Both the position numbers and the translations under genes were made by a program. From positions 96,001 to 160,000 of IMG/VR virus record IMGVR_UViG_3300025133_000027: 64,000 bases of DNA, one strand, 5' to 3'. Origin of the DNA: a virus. This document shows, in pieces, positions 1-10,900 of the stretch (positions are counted from its first letter, which is position 1; the number at the start of each line of letters is the position of its first letter). The notes beneath the pieces were generated by a model that had not been told where the DNA came from, did not search any database, and saw only the letters and a list, made by a program, of their open reading frames with translations.

Positions 1-228
1 TTTTCAACGATATGGAATAATTCTAAGGAACTATATATTATATATTACATTACAGAAGTCAAGTCTTCTGGGGAAATTGTCTGGGAGATTTTGACAAAGG
101 AAGATTTGTTAGGCTCTAATGAACCTTTTCTATGCAAGATATTAAAATATAATAGTCAAAAGTATGGAGTGCTTCCACTAAAAGGTTTAAATTATACAAC
201 AACAAATGAGTTTTTTATTATAAGATGA
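1..228 (+). CDS. 3' end of a hypothetical protein, truncated by the window start
   Basis: Frame 1 is open from base 1 to TGA at 226-228, which overlaps the next ATG (ATGA coupling). Confidence 0.7.
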   Translation, partial: FSTIWNNSKELYIIYYITEVKSSGEIVWEILTKEDLLGSNEPFLCKILKYNSQKYGVLPLKGLNYTTTNEFFIIR

Positions 229-1946
229 TTGATTTTACAAACACAAATAGTGCATCTGGGATTGGTGAGTCCCTTACTTCAAAGACTTCTGAATTAGTTG
301 AATCTATTTCTGATTCTCAAAAGAATATTATAGAAAGAAAAGCTAAAAAACTAAGGCAAATAGATAAAGATATAATCGAAGAAGAATCTGCGCAATTGTT
401 TGGCCTTGGCGACTTTCTGAAGAAAATAGAAACATCTTCTCAGGCAGAAAACACTAAGAACGTAATCATAGCGCAGTCAGGAGGACCACAAGAAATAGAA
501 AATCTTCCAGTCGCTAAGAAGGTTATAGATAACATTACCCCTAAAGTAATCACACCAGAAGTATTTACCCCCGAAATAAACGCTTTCGATCCTTCTCAAA
601 CAACTAAAACAGTTACAAACGTTAAAATTGTAACTAAAAAATCTATAGATGATGAAATTACTAAAACTAAAGCTGCCGAAGTTAAAGAAACAGTAATCAC
701 TACAGAAAACATAGAAGAGGCCGCAAAGGTAGAATTAAAAAAGAAAATTAAAGAACTTGATATCTCACAAACACTTGGAGAGCTTGCAGATAAAGCAAGA
801 TTATTGTTTGTTAGCAAACCCTTAATCAAACCTAGTGTTAAGCCAATTACCGCTAATGATATAAAATATGTAATGTATCGTTATGATATTTTAACTACAA
901 ACAAATTTAAAGATCTAGAAGCATACTCTGGAAGACTTGTTGTTGATAAGAAACTAGAAAAATATCTTGATGAGTCTTCTATTCTTTTTAACACAGAAAA
1001 AGTTTTAGAAAACAAAACCATGGCTTTCGTAGTTAACTTAAAAGTCCCACTGAGTGAAAAGTTAGAGATAGAAGACGCAAAACTAATTCTAAAGACCCAT
1101 ATATTCCCGTTCGGACCAGATAATCCAGGCACAGAGACAGATTTCTTAAACGAAAAACCGGAACAAGAGACTTTTGGAGAAGTGAGCGATTCTATTATTT
1201 TTGATTTTTCCACAGTCGAGAAACCAGAAGCACCTGATATCGAGATAGTTTCTTATCGAGGAAATAGTTCAAAGCTTATATTTAATTTTTGGCCAAGATA
1301 TGTTATTGAGAATTATAATTTTACTAACTACTACCTTAAAGAATACATTATTGAACGCTCAATAGACACTACTAATTGGGAATTCGTAGGAAAAACCGAG
1401 TCTAATGAAGACACATACGTCGAAACCAACACTATTATAAATACTAAGGTATATTACAGGTTCTCATCTAAAGATACTGTTGAACAAGTCAGTAAGAAAT
1501 CGCCTATATATGAGGTAGTATTTCGGGAGTTCCACGGAACTCTTTTCTTAGAAGTAGAAATTCATAAAGAAGAGACTATAATCCCTTCTAGATTAAAGAT
1601 GAAATCACGGATTAAGATTGAACCATCTTCGATACAGAAGGAATTAATAGAAGACCCTAAAGGACTTTCCGTTGTGAGAAAGTATGAGGTTGGGAAAAAA
1701 AGTAAAGGCTCTCTTTGGTATGACAAGCCTAATATCAAAATAAGAGTAACTTCTAAGAAGACGAGAAGAAAGTTTGATTTGAATATAAACTTCAATCTTA
1801 TTGAAAAAGATTCAATAGATAAAAAACTTCCTGTAAAAGAGATATTAAAAGAAGCTGTCTATGAAACAGATTTGTTAGATAAAAAACTTCCTGTAAAAGA
1901 AACTACAAAAGAAGTAATAAAAGTTTTAGAAACACTAGTTATATAG
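225..1946 (+). CDS. Hypothetical protein, probably virion-associated; FN3-like segment near the C-terminus
   Basis: 573 aa ORF. YIIERS...WEFVG...YVETN...YYRFSSKD resembles a fibronectin-III strand pattern. Lies beside structural genes. Confidence 0.5.
   Translation: MIDFTNTNSASGIGESLTSKTSELVESISDSQKNIIERKAKKLRQIDKDIIEEESAQLFGLGDFLKKIETSSQAENTKNVIIAQSGGPQEIENLPVAKKVIDNITPKVITPEVFTPEINAFDPSQTTKTVTNVKIVTKKSIDDEITKTKAAEVKETVITTENIEEAAKVELKKKIKELDISQTLGELADKARLLFVSKPLIKPSVKPITANDIKYVMYRYDILTTNKFKDLEAYSGRLVVDKKLEKYLDESSILFNTEKVLENKTMAFVVNLKVPLSEKLEIEDAKLILKTHIFPFGPDNPGTETDFLNEKPEQETFGEVSDSIIFDFSTVEKPEAPDIEIVSYRGNSSKLIFNFWPRYVIENYNFTNYYLKEYIIERSIDTTNWEFVGKTESNEDTYVETNTIINTKVYYRFSSKDTVEQVSKKSPIYEVVFREFHGTLFLEVEIHKEETIIPSRLKMKSRIKIEPSSIQKELIEDPKGLSVVRKYEVGKKSKGSLWYDKPNIKIRVTSKKTRRKFDLNINFNLIEKDSIDKKLPVKEILKEAVYETDLLDKKLPVKETTKEVIKVLETLVI
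1816..1900 (+). repeat. 25-bp direct repeat with 60-bp period inside the CDS (DKKLPVKE x2)
   Basis: TAGATAAAAAACTTCCTGTAAAAGA at 1816-1840 and 1876-1900. Confidence 0.9.
1934..1943 (+). promoter_or_regulatory. Putative phage late promoter (ACTAGTTATA variant)
   Basis: Variant of the recurrent motif, 21 nt upstream of an SD-led structural gene. Confidence 0.6.
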
Positions 1947-1963
1947 ATTAATGGAGAAATATA

Positions 1964-2899
1964 ATGGCATTTTTAGGTAACGATGGAGACATAATTTTAG
2001 ACGCAGTTTTAACTGACGCTGGACGAAAACGATTGGCGGCTGGTGATGGAACTTTCCGAATTTCAAAGTTTGCGCTAGGTGATGATGAGATTAATTATGC
2101 TCTGTATGATTCAACAAATGCAAATGGCAGTGCTTATTATGATCTTGATCTGCTTAAAACCCCAGTTTTTGAGGCGATAACTCACTCTGGAGCTGGTTTA
2201 TCAAGCAAGCTATTGACGATTCCAAACTCTGAGCTATTGTTCTTACCATTATTAAAACTAAATGTGAAAAGAGCTCCTTTGTCATCACTTAATAACTACA
2301 TCCTTGTTGTAAATGATACTTTGGCAGAGGCTCTTACTGGTGGAGCTACTTTACCAAACTATAGAACAATCTTTAGTGGACAAACAGGCTATATTGATGG
2401 CAGAAGCTCTGCAAAGGCTGCGGAAACTTTAACGGCACGAGTTGACCAGGGGCTTGACAACCAAGAAGCTGGTGGTGCCGGAACCGCAATGCTTGAATCT
2501 CTTGAAGAGTCAAGATACTTAGTGTCTATGGACAACAGGTTTTGTGAGCTAACATCAGTCGGTGAAAACCCAGAAGCCGCAGAAATAGTATATGTCTCAG
2601 CAGATAAAACAAGCACATACTACATCTCAAGTGCGGCAAACCCTGAGTATTTTGCTCCTGCTCCAAGCAAGGAAAATACAAACATTGCAGGACCAGTTGG
2701 AAGACAGTTCCAATTCAGTATCAAGGGTTCTCCATCAATCCTGAACAATACAGAATATCTTTTTAATACATACGGAAGAAGTGTTGTGGATTATAATGGA
2801 ACAGGAGAGACTGTTAACGTTATCGATACAAATATCAAGATTCAAGGCGGAACACAGGGATCTACAATCAATATCCCAGTCCAACTCGTATCACAATAA
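1964..2899 (+). CDS. Virion structural protein (baseplate/tail-fibre associated)
   Basis: N-terminus IILDAVLTDAGRKRLA...ISKFALGDDEINY resembles tail-fibre/baseplate attachment domains. Late motif and GGAG SD upstream. Confidence 0.55.
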   Translation: MAFLGNDGDIILDAVLTDAGRKRLAAGDGTFRISKFALGDDEINYALYDSTNANGSAYYDLDLLKTPVFEAITHSGAGLSSKLLTIPNSELLFLPLLKLNVKRAPLSSLNNYILVVNDTLAEALTGGATLPNYRTIFSGQTGYIDGRSSAKAAETLTARVDQGLDNQEAGGAGTAMLESLEESRYLVSMDNRFCELTSVGENPEAAEIVYVSADKTSTYYISSAANPEYFAPAPSKENTNIAGPVGRQFQFSIKGSPSILNNTEYLFNTYGRSVVDYNGTGETVNVIDTNIKIQGGTQGSTINIPVQLVSQ

Positions 2900-2908
2900 G
2901 GAATAAAA

Positions 2909-3979
2909 ATGGCAGCAAGTATTTATAAAACAATCAAACCAGCAGATAAAACAAGTCAGAAAACTGTATTGCACGAATCAATCCCTATTACTGGATCGTT
3001 AGTATCTGGCACATATGGAACATGGCCAGACGATACAAACGTCAAATTTTATAGTCATGGATATTTCCAATCAGTTTATGATTATCCATATCTTAGTTCT
3101 TCAGCAAACCACATGTTTGATCTTAGTTTTGGTCTTGCACCCACGTATGCAACACAACCATCGGCAAGTGGTGAAGAAGGCACAATAAAAAATGCAATCT
3201 GGAATCAAATGTCCCAGGTTACATATGGCTATGACCCAACAGGTTCTATCATTCCTATCAATCGCTCTGGCTCACTAACTCCCTCTGGTGTCGGTCTTGC
3301 AGGACCTATCATGGAAGATATTGTTGTTATCAATTTTAGTAGGCTTCTTGCTAAAGATGAAATTAAGAAAGAATCGTTTAGCATGGTTCTTGGGACTGGG
3401 AATTATGCAACACCGTTTGACGCAGAAGGAGTAACTCTTTCAGACCTAGGAGCTTCAACTGCTTACAAAAACAACTCTCCACTTGGAGAATATTCGATTC
3501 TATACTCAGGTTCCACTGCTACTAGTATGGGAGCACAAGGGCTTTTATTTTACCAAGCAGGATTTGCTGTAGTTGCGGGTGCAGCAGTATTTTCGAATGC
3601 CGACGCTTTTGCTTCTTCAAGCATTCTAGGCACTCAAACATATGAAAACTCTATTGTTTCTCAAAGTTGCGATGATCTTAGTTCTGGGCTAAGGCGAAGA
3701 ATCCAAAATATCTCGTTTAACAATACGACAGAACTGAACTCATCTATTTATTTCTGCAAAGTAGACCATGGTGATTTCAACTATTCATCTAATCCTACTT
3801 ATGTTTCTGGTTCGAAGATTCGGGTCAAAGAAACAATTGGTGACTCTCCGATGACTTATATTACGACAGTTGGATTGTATTCAGAAGATAATGAACTACT
3901 TGCAGTTGCAAAGCTTTCGGAACCAATCAAAAATTCAGCGACAGATGCTTCAACTTTCAGAGTAAGACTTGACTACTAA
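2909..3979 (+). CDS. Virion structural protein (baseplate/fibre-associated)
   Basis: S/T/G-rich. Its C-terminal domain (NYSSNPTY...YITTVGLY..DNELLAVAKLSEP..FRVRLDY) is shared with the next gene. Confidence 0.55.
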   Translation: MAASIYKTIKPADKTSQKTVLHESIPITGSLVSGTYGTWPDDTNVKFYSHGYFQSVYDYPYLSSSANHMFDLSFGLAPTYATQPSASGEEGTIKNAIWNQMSQVTYGYDPTGSIIPINRSGSLTPSGVGLAGPIMEDIVVINFSRLLAKDEIKKESFSMVLGTGNYATPFDAEGVTLSDLGASTAYKNNSPLGEYSILYSGSTATSMGAQGLLFYQAGFAVVAGAAVFSNADAFASSSILGTQTYENSIVSQSCDDLSSGLRRRIQNISFNNTTELNSSIYFCKVDHGDFNYSSNPTYVSGSKIRVKETIGDSPMTYITTVGLYSEDNELLAVAKLSEPIKNSATDASTFRVRLDY

Positions 3980-3991
3980 GGTTCTAAACCT

Positions 3992-5914
3992 ATGTTTAAA
4001 ATAAAACAAAATGAGGTATTTAACAACATCTTGAAAACATACCCAAAATATGTTTTCAAGATGTTCAATAACAAATGTGTTTTAAATGATTCGAATGATG
4101 AGGGAATTCATTCTAGCGACGAGGGCAAGCTTTATTTAAATGACTTGAACCTAAAAGCTCCAGTAAGTAATAATTCTCTTTATTACGATAAGACAGGATC
4201 GTGTATTGTTTCAGGAGGTATTCCTGATTTACTTTCATCAGATGGAACCTCTATAAACGATGGCAATTTGGCAATCTCAATGTGGGTCTATGTAGAGACT
4301 GGCTCAATTCCTGGAAACCCAACCTTAGTACAAATAGGAACTCAGTCACTTTCTGTTGAAGATGGTCGTGATGTTCTATACTTCAACGGAACAAGTTCGA
4401 TAAATCCATTCTCTTTGGTTTATAGCATTGGAACACCCTCAGGAGAGAAAAGATACCGAACAGAGAAGAATATACTTCCTCTTGAAGAATGGACCCATGT
4501 TGCTGTAACCAAAGTTCAGTTTGATAAGGCGTATTTTTATGTAAATGGTGAAAGACTCACTACTATCAAAGAAGTTGACACAGCAACAGCCGGTGGGGTG
4601 TTTACAAAGTTAACTGCCTCTATAGGTAATAATGCAAATGACGGAAGTGTATTTCCTGGCTATATAGATGAAGTGAGTTTATTTTCAAAGAAGCTAAGAT
4701 CATCAGACGCCTCTTATCTCTATAACGAAGGCCAACCAAGAGACTATCTAAATCTTAATAGCACCCTATCCCCAAAGATAGTTTCTCACTGGACCATGGG
4801 GGACGGGGACACCGCTCCTACCGTTTCTGATAAAATATCCACAAACGATCTTATAATGTCAGGGTTTTCTACAAACTATGGAATCTCAAACAAGGTTCCT
4901 TTAGGCTCACAAGTCTCTATCAGCGATGGGAATCTAAAACAAAATAAAAAGAATCCAGATGGATTTACGTTTAGACGAGAGTATATTCATAAAACAGATA
5001 GTGCTGGGTATAATTCATACGATGAGACATACACTTCAACAAAAACGATGTTTAAGATGTTAACTCTTAAAAACGCAATGGACCGCTATCTTGTTATGTC
5101 TGATGCTTTTAAGTTTGAGAACTTTCTTTTAAGCGGTGGATTACCAACGAATACAAATACAGACACTAGCACTGGCTTAGTGACTAGAATGATCCATCCA
5201 TCTGGTAGTATTAACATTCTTAGCATTCCAAAGATGTTTTATGAAAACAGAATTAAGCCCGGAAGTGTGAGTCTTAATTTTTATACATCAGGAAGTCTTA
5301 TTGCGACTGCGCAGGACTTATATAAGAACGGAGCAATGGTCAGCACCCTGGGCATGGACTCAGGTTCGGTCGTCGGAACCGTCCTTTACAGCGAGGGATA
5401 TATCCTTTTGACGGGCTCCACAGTCCTAGACGCCTCTCACTCCGAGCCATATATGAAGCCTCTTAGAACGGAAGACAGCGCTGGATATGATAATCCGAAA
5501 TGGATCCACTTTGGCTCTTACGAGTCCGCAACAGGAAGCAACCTACCTTCGTCTTCATATAAGATGGAATTCAAAGGTGAGAACTCTATAAATACATTGA
5601 TGTTCTTTGCTCATGCAAGAAAGAATGAATTAAATTATAGTAACAACCCCTCATACCTAGAAGCTGGCAATGGTGGTAAATGGATAATAAGTACTGGTTC
5701 TAAGTTGTATCTAGAAAACGAAAGTCTACCAATTAAGAATACAATTTCCAGTTCAGTCTCACATCATTCAGAGTCTTTTCAACAGCAAGTTTTTATTGAT
5801 AGAATTGGAGTTTATGATAAAGATGGTGATATGATTATGGTCGCTTCCCTTGCCAACCCACTTAAAAAAAGGACAGATTTAAGCTATACTTTTAAACTCA
5901 AAATGGATATGTAA
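3992..5914 (+). CDS. Virion structural protein with a LamG/concanavalin-A-like domain
   Basis: LamG signature ISMWVY...EWTHVAVT...YFYVNG...FPGYIDEVSLF. C-terminal domain is paralogous to 2909-3979. Confidence 0.65.
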   Translation: MFKIKQNEVFNNILKTYPKYVFKMFNNKCVLNDSNDEGIHSSDEGKLYLNDLNLKAPVSNNSLYYDKTGSCIVSGGIPDLLSSDGTSINDGNLAISMWVYVETGSIPGNPTLVQIGTQSLSVEDGRDVLYFNGTSSINPFSLVYSIGTPSGEKRYRTEKNILPLEEWTHVAVTKVQFDKAYFYVNGERLTTIKEVDTATAGGVFTKLTASIGNNANDGSVFPGYIDEVSLFSKKLRSSDASYLYNEGQPRDYLNLNSTLSPKIVSHWTMGDGDTAPTVSDKISTNDLIMSGFSTNYGISNKVPLGSQVSISDGNLKQNKKNPDGFTFRREYIHKTDSAGYNSYDETYTSTKTMFKMLTLKNAMDRYLVMSDAFKFENFLLSGGLPTNTNTDTSTGLVTRMIHPSGSINILSIPKMFYENRIKPGSVSLNFYTSGSLIATAQDLYKNGAMVSTLGMDSGSVVGTVLYSEGYILLTGSTVLDASHSEPYMKPLRTEDSAGYDNPKWIHFGSYESATGSNLPSSSYKMEFKGENSINTLMFFAHARKNELNYSNNPSYLEAGNGGKWIISTGSKLYLENESLPIKNTISSSVSHHSESFQQQVFIDRIGVYDKDGDMIMVASLANPLKKRTDLSYTFKLKMDM

Positions 5915-5915
5915 A

Positions 5916-6467
5916 ATGATTTTAGGTTTAGATTTAAGTACAACTTGTTCTGGAATTACCATCTTAGATGCCTCTGGCAAGATTATACTTTGTGATGCTA
6001 TGATGTTATCGAAGTATAAAGATTTCTATGCAAAAGTATCATACGTTCAAGATTACTTAGCAAAAGTAAGGGTAGAGTACCCTGAGATAACACATATCTA
6101 CATTGAGAAGTCCTTACAAATGTTTGCCCCTGGAAGATCCTCAGCAAGAACGATTGACCTTTTATCAAGATTTAATGCCACTATAACGTGGATATGTTAT
6201 ATCATATTTCAAATTAAACCAGAACATCTAGCAGCGGGCTCTGCTAGAAAAAGTGCAGGAATTACAATTAAGAGAGGCATGAAAGCCAAGAAGATTGTTA
6301 TCGCCCACCTCATTGACACAGAGCCAGATTTCGAGGTAGAATATACCATCCACGGAAACCCACGACCAAGAGAGTTTGATCGTGCGGATAGCCTTGTAAT
6401 CGCAAAAGCAGGATTGGTAAATGTCAACGAAGAAAAAGAAAAAAATCCTAGTGGAAGTTCTAGGTGA
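5916..6467 (+). CDS. RuvC-like Holliday junction resolvase
   Basis: MILGLDLSTTCSG, IYIEK and DRADS acidic RNase H-fold motifs. Confidence 0.75.
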   Translation: MILGLDLSTTCSGITILDASGKIILCDAMMLSKYKDFYAKVSYVQDYLAKVRVEYPEITHIYIEKSLQMFAPGRSSARTIDLLSRFNATITWICYIIFQIKPEHLAAGSARKSAGITIKRGMKAKKIVIAHLIDTEPDFEVEYTIHGNPRPREFDRADSLVIAKAGLVNVNEEKEKNPSGSSR

Positions 6468-7380
6468 GTCTCAAAAGGTAGGGAATGAATATTTGTTTTA
6501 TTGCCCTTACTGCTCCCACGAAAAAAAGAAATTATCTATAAATTTGAATAAAAATAAATATAAGTGCTGGATTTGTGAAAAGTCCGGCTCTTCTATTTCC
6601 TATTTGATTAAAAGATTTGGCTCAACAACTCAATATATGGAATGGTCAAGCTTTGACGATAGCATTGATATGTCTATTGACAAGACTTTGATTGAAGATA
6701 TATATAAATTAGGAAAAGAAAAGAAAACTAAGACCAAAGTAAGCCTCCCAAAAGAGTTTATATCACTTACAGGAAAAAAACTAGCACCAACCGCAAGTAG
6801 AGCAATGGCTTATTTGCGCGGACGTAATTTAAATAAGAATGATATTCTAGCTTGGAAGATAGGATATTGTTCTAGTGGAGAATATGCAGGCAGGATTGTT
6901 ATTCCATCTTTCGATCTAGACGGTGATTTGTCTTACTTTATAGCTAGGAGTTATACAAGCGAAGCCTTTCCCCCATATAACAACTCAAACGCTAGCAAAG
7001 ATATTGTATTCAATGAACTATTTCAAAACATCGAGAAAGAAATAATTCTAGTTGAAGGAGTTTTCGATGCAATAATTGCAGGAGAGACTGCTATTCCGCT
7101 ATTAGGCTCAAGCCTTAGAAGCAATACTGAGTTATTCAATCGAATTTTAGAGTATTCCCCGAAGGTATATTTTGGTTTAGATCCTGACGCCATTAAAAAA
7201 GAAGACAAGATTATTAAAATGTTTCTTGAATATGGGCTTGAAGTTTATAAAATTAATGTAGAACCGTATCAGGATGTTGGTTCAATGACAAAATCAGTAT
7301 TTAAGAGAAGAAAAGACAAGGCGGAAAGAGTCACTATGGACTCTTTCCTTGAATATAGTTTTGATCACATGGAGATATAA
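6421..7380 (+). CDS. DNA primase (zinc-binding plus TOPRIM domains)
   Basis: CPYC..H...CWIC zinc domain; RIVIP; VEGVFD and DPDA TOPRIM motifs. Confidence 0.85.
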   Translation: MSTKKKKKILVEVLGESQKVGNEYLFYCPYCSHEKKKLSINLNKNKYKCWICEKSGSSISYLIKRFGSTTQYMEWSSFDDSIDMSIDKTLIEDIYKLGKEKKTKTKVSLPKEFISLTGKKLAPTASRAMAYLRGRNLNKNDILAWKIGYCSSGEYAGRIVIPSFDLDGDLSYFIARSYTSEAFPPYNNSNASKDIVFNELFQNIEKEIILVEGVFDAIIAGETAIPLLGSSLRSNTELFNRILEYSPKVYFGLDPDAIKKEDKIIKMFLEYGLEVYKINVEPYQDVGSMTKSVFKRRKDKAERVTMDSFLEYSFDHMEI

Positions 7381-7700
7381 TGAATAGAAAGTTTAAAGTA
7401 AAGTTTTACGTTCCAGGAGTTGAAGGTCAAGGAGACATTTTCTCAGCAGAGATGGAGTTACCTTCCGGGCCTAGGATTTTCAACTCTCTTTCGGAAGAAA
7501 AGAAGCGAAAAGAATGTAAGTTTATTATAGATTATATTAGCAAGCAAATTTTAACAGAAAAAAAGGTATATCAAATACTTAGTTCGATGGAGACTAGCGA
7601 TTTTGACAGGGTCTTATCCGAGCAGAATGTTAATAACATCATTCAAAGATGTGTAAACGGTGAATTTAAAGAAATAACAACAGAACAAGAGGATAAATAA
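7380..7700 (+). CDS. Hypothetical protein
   Basis: 106 aa with GGAG SD; translationally coupled on both sides. Confidence 0.6.
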   Translation: MNRKFKVKFYVPGVEGQGDIFSAEMELPSGPRIFNSLSEEKKRKECKFIIDYISKQILTEKKVYQILSSMETSDFDRVLSEQNVNNIIQRCVNGEFKEITTEQEDK

Positions 7701-7945
7701 TGATATTTGAAGAACATGACGATGGATCGGAGCAGAAAGAAGCTGTAGACCATCCTTCACATTATAACGCTGGCAAGTTTGAAGTAATTGATGTAATTGA
7801 AGATTGGCAGCTAGGCTTTAATCTCGGTAACACAGTCAAGTATTTAGCAAGAGCAAAACACAAAGGGAAGGAAAAAGAGGATCTTAAAAAGGCCCTCTGG
7901 TATTTGACCAGAGAATTAGAAGAGTTAGAAAGAAGGAAGGTATAA
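7700..7945 (+). CDS. DUF3310 family protein (T7 gp1.7-like putative nucleotide kinase)
   Basis: VDHPSHY...EVID...GFNLGNTVKYLARAKHKG..EDLKKALWYL signature. Confidence 0.85.
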   Translation: MIFEEHDDGSEQKEAVDHPSHYNAGKFEVIDVIEDWQLGFNLGNTVKYLARAKHKGKEKEDLKKALWYLTRELEELERRKV

Positions 7946-10900
7946 TGACCCGTATTGCACATATAGCAGACACACACATCCATAACTTTAGATATCATAA
8001 AGAATACAAGAAAGTATTTGAAATGATCTATACGAGTTTACGAAAAGAACAACCTGATTTGATCGTTCATTGTGGAGATATCGCACACACCAAAACACAG
8101 ATCTCACCAGAGTATATTGATACTTGTAAGGATTTCCTTGAGGGACTAGCAAACATTGCTCCCTTGGTTGTTATCTTAGGGAACCATGATGGCAATCTAA
8201 AGAATCTGAGTAGGCAAGATGCAATTTCACCTATCATTAGTTCCTTGAAGACTAAAAATCCTGTATATTTCTCAAGAGATACACAGACTTATAAATTTGA
8301 TGATGTCGCAATTCATGCCATCTCAGTTTTCGATGATGCTCCGTGGCCAGAACCTAGTGATAAACATATTAATATCGCTCTCTACCATGGATGTATGTCC
8401 GAAGCTAAGACTGACCTTGGTTTTGCTTTAAGTTCAGAAATGAATGCTGATGAAATCTTTAAGGCATATGATTACACTCTTCTTGGAGATATTCATAAGA
8501 AGCAGTTCTTAGGAGAGCGTATTGCTTATTGTGGCTCAACTATCCAGCAAAATTTTGGAGAAGTTAAGAATAAAGGCTATTTATTATGGGACATAGATTC
8601 AGCGACGGACTTTACTTGTGATTATCGCACGTTTGAAAACCCAAAAGCATTTGAAACTATTATCGTTGAAAAAGATTTTGACGTAAGCCAGATATCGATT
8701 TCAAATAACAGCAGAGTAAGGTTAAAAATTAAAAAAGACCTTACTATAAAAGAGGTTGAGGAAATTAAGATTGAGCTTAGAAATAAGTTTGATGTTGAAT
8801 CAATTATTGATATTAAGGAATACTTTGGTAATAATATCACAGAAGATGGTGAGATCGAGGATCTATCATCCCTGGATGTTCAAAGGGAGCACCTTGAATC
8901 TTATTTAGAGCCAGGACTTGACAAGGAAGTCAAAAAGGCTGTATTTGAGTTCGCAAAAAGGTTTCATAAAGAAGCTGATTATCAAAAAGTCTTTACGGGT
9001 TCAACATGGAATTTAAATTCATTAGATTGGTCTAACCTCTTTTCTTATGGAGAAGACAATGAGATTGATTTTAAATCTTACGAAGGTATCGTGGGCATAT
9101 TTGGAAAGAATTATACTGGTAAGTCTAGTATTGTTGATAGTTTACTTTATACGATTTTTAATTCTAATTCGAAAGGCATTAGGAAGACATACGATGTTAT
9201 CAATAATGCAAAGACCTCATGTTCTGGGGAAGTTTCAATTGAGGCTGGTGGCCAAAATATTAAGATACTCCGAAAGACAGAAAAGAAAGATCGCAAAGAT
9301 AAATCAGGAAATATTCTCAACGAAACAAAATCGACTCTAACTGTTACTCGTGACGGAAAGACTCTTAATGAACTCTCTAAGAGAGACACTGATAAACTTC
9401 TATCTAGAATGTTTGGCACGAAAGATGATTTTCTATTAACAACGTTATCTTCTCAGTCAGATCCGTTCAATTTCATTAGTCAAGGGAACACGGTGCGTCG
9501 TGAGATTCTATCAAGATTCCTGGGTCTTGATGCTTTCGAGCCTGTTCATAAGTTAGCAAAGAAAGAGCTTAACCTAGCTAAGAAGCAAGTTAATAAATAT
9601 AACCTTGAAGATTTGAATACTTCTATTAAAAGCCTTAAGGATGAATCCTTAAGGAAAGAAGCTCTTTTCCTTTCTAAGAAAAATGAAAATGATAAGAGAG
9701 CAAAGGATATTGAAGAATTATCTCACGATATTATAAAGATTAATGCAGGCATGAAGCCAGTCCCGAAGCTCCTTAACAGAAAAGAATTAAATCGACAACT
9801 CCGAGTTGCTAAGGAGTATCAAAAAAATCTTGAAAATGCTGTTAAAAAGTATCGTATTTACATAGATAGCTGGAAGGATGAGATAGCAGATTCGAAAACC
9901 ACAATGGACTCAATCGACGTAATCAATCTCAATAATGTTCTTTTAGAACATGAGACAAGTGAGCTTGAATTAAAAGCAGCTAGAGTAAAACTAGACAAAG
10001 CCCTAGTTGACCAAGCAAATATTGTTAAAGATAAAACGATTTTATGTGGTGTTCCTTGTGACAAAAAACTACATTCTAGTTGTAAATTTGTAAAAAATGC
10101 TTCTAATAATGTAGCTAAAACTTCAGAGGTTGAAGAGAGCATAATTCGCCTTGAAGCTTTGATTTCAGAGATTGAAGAAAAGAAACAGAAACTAGACTCG
10201 CAAGAGGGTGCAAAATCTTCTTTAGAGTTGAGAAAGTCTCTTTTTTCCTGTATTAATGACACTAATGCTCGCATCCGAACAGAGCATCTTGTCATTGAAA
10301 GCAAGGAGAAGGATATTAAAGCTTCGGCATTAGAACAGGAAAGAATTAAGGAGCAGCTTGCAGAGTTGACAGCAAACGAGGAGAGTATTCTCTTCAATGA
10401 AGAGATTTCTAGCAAAGTAGAGGCTCTTGAAAAGACTTTGAAAATACTGAAGATGACGCAGACTGATAACGAGATAATTTCTATTTCTAGAGAACTTGCA
10501 AGAATTGAGGTTAGGATCGAAACCGAAGAGGCTAACCTTGAAACTTATGAAAAGCTCAGTCAAGAATCAAAAGCCCTGGAAATATATTCAGCAGCTACTC
10601 ACAGCACTGGCATTCCATTATTGCTAATCAAGAAGCATCTCTCTCTAATCAATCAGAGAATCAACGAAGCTCTATCTACTATTGTAGACTTTACTTGTAA
10701 TTTTGTAATTGATGGTCCTAATCTAGAAATTAAGATTAAACACCCTGGGCAAGTAGAGCGAAGTATCGAATCTGGCTCCGGTGCGGAAAAGACTCTGGCC
10801 TCAATGGCAATTAGGATAGCTCTAACATCCCTAACTAAGATTGCTAAACCAAATATGCTTATCCTTGATGAACCAGCAGTTGCTTTAGATAAGGATAATA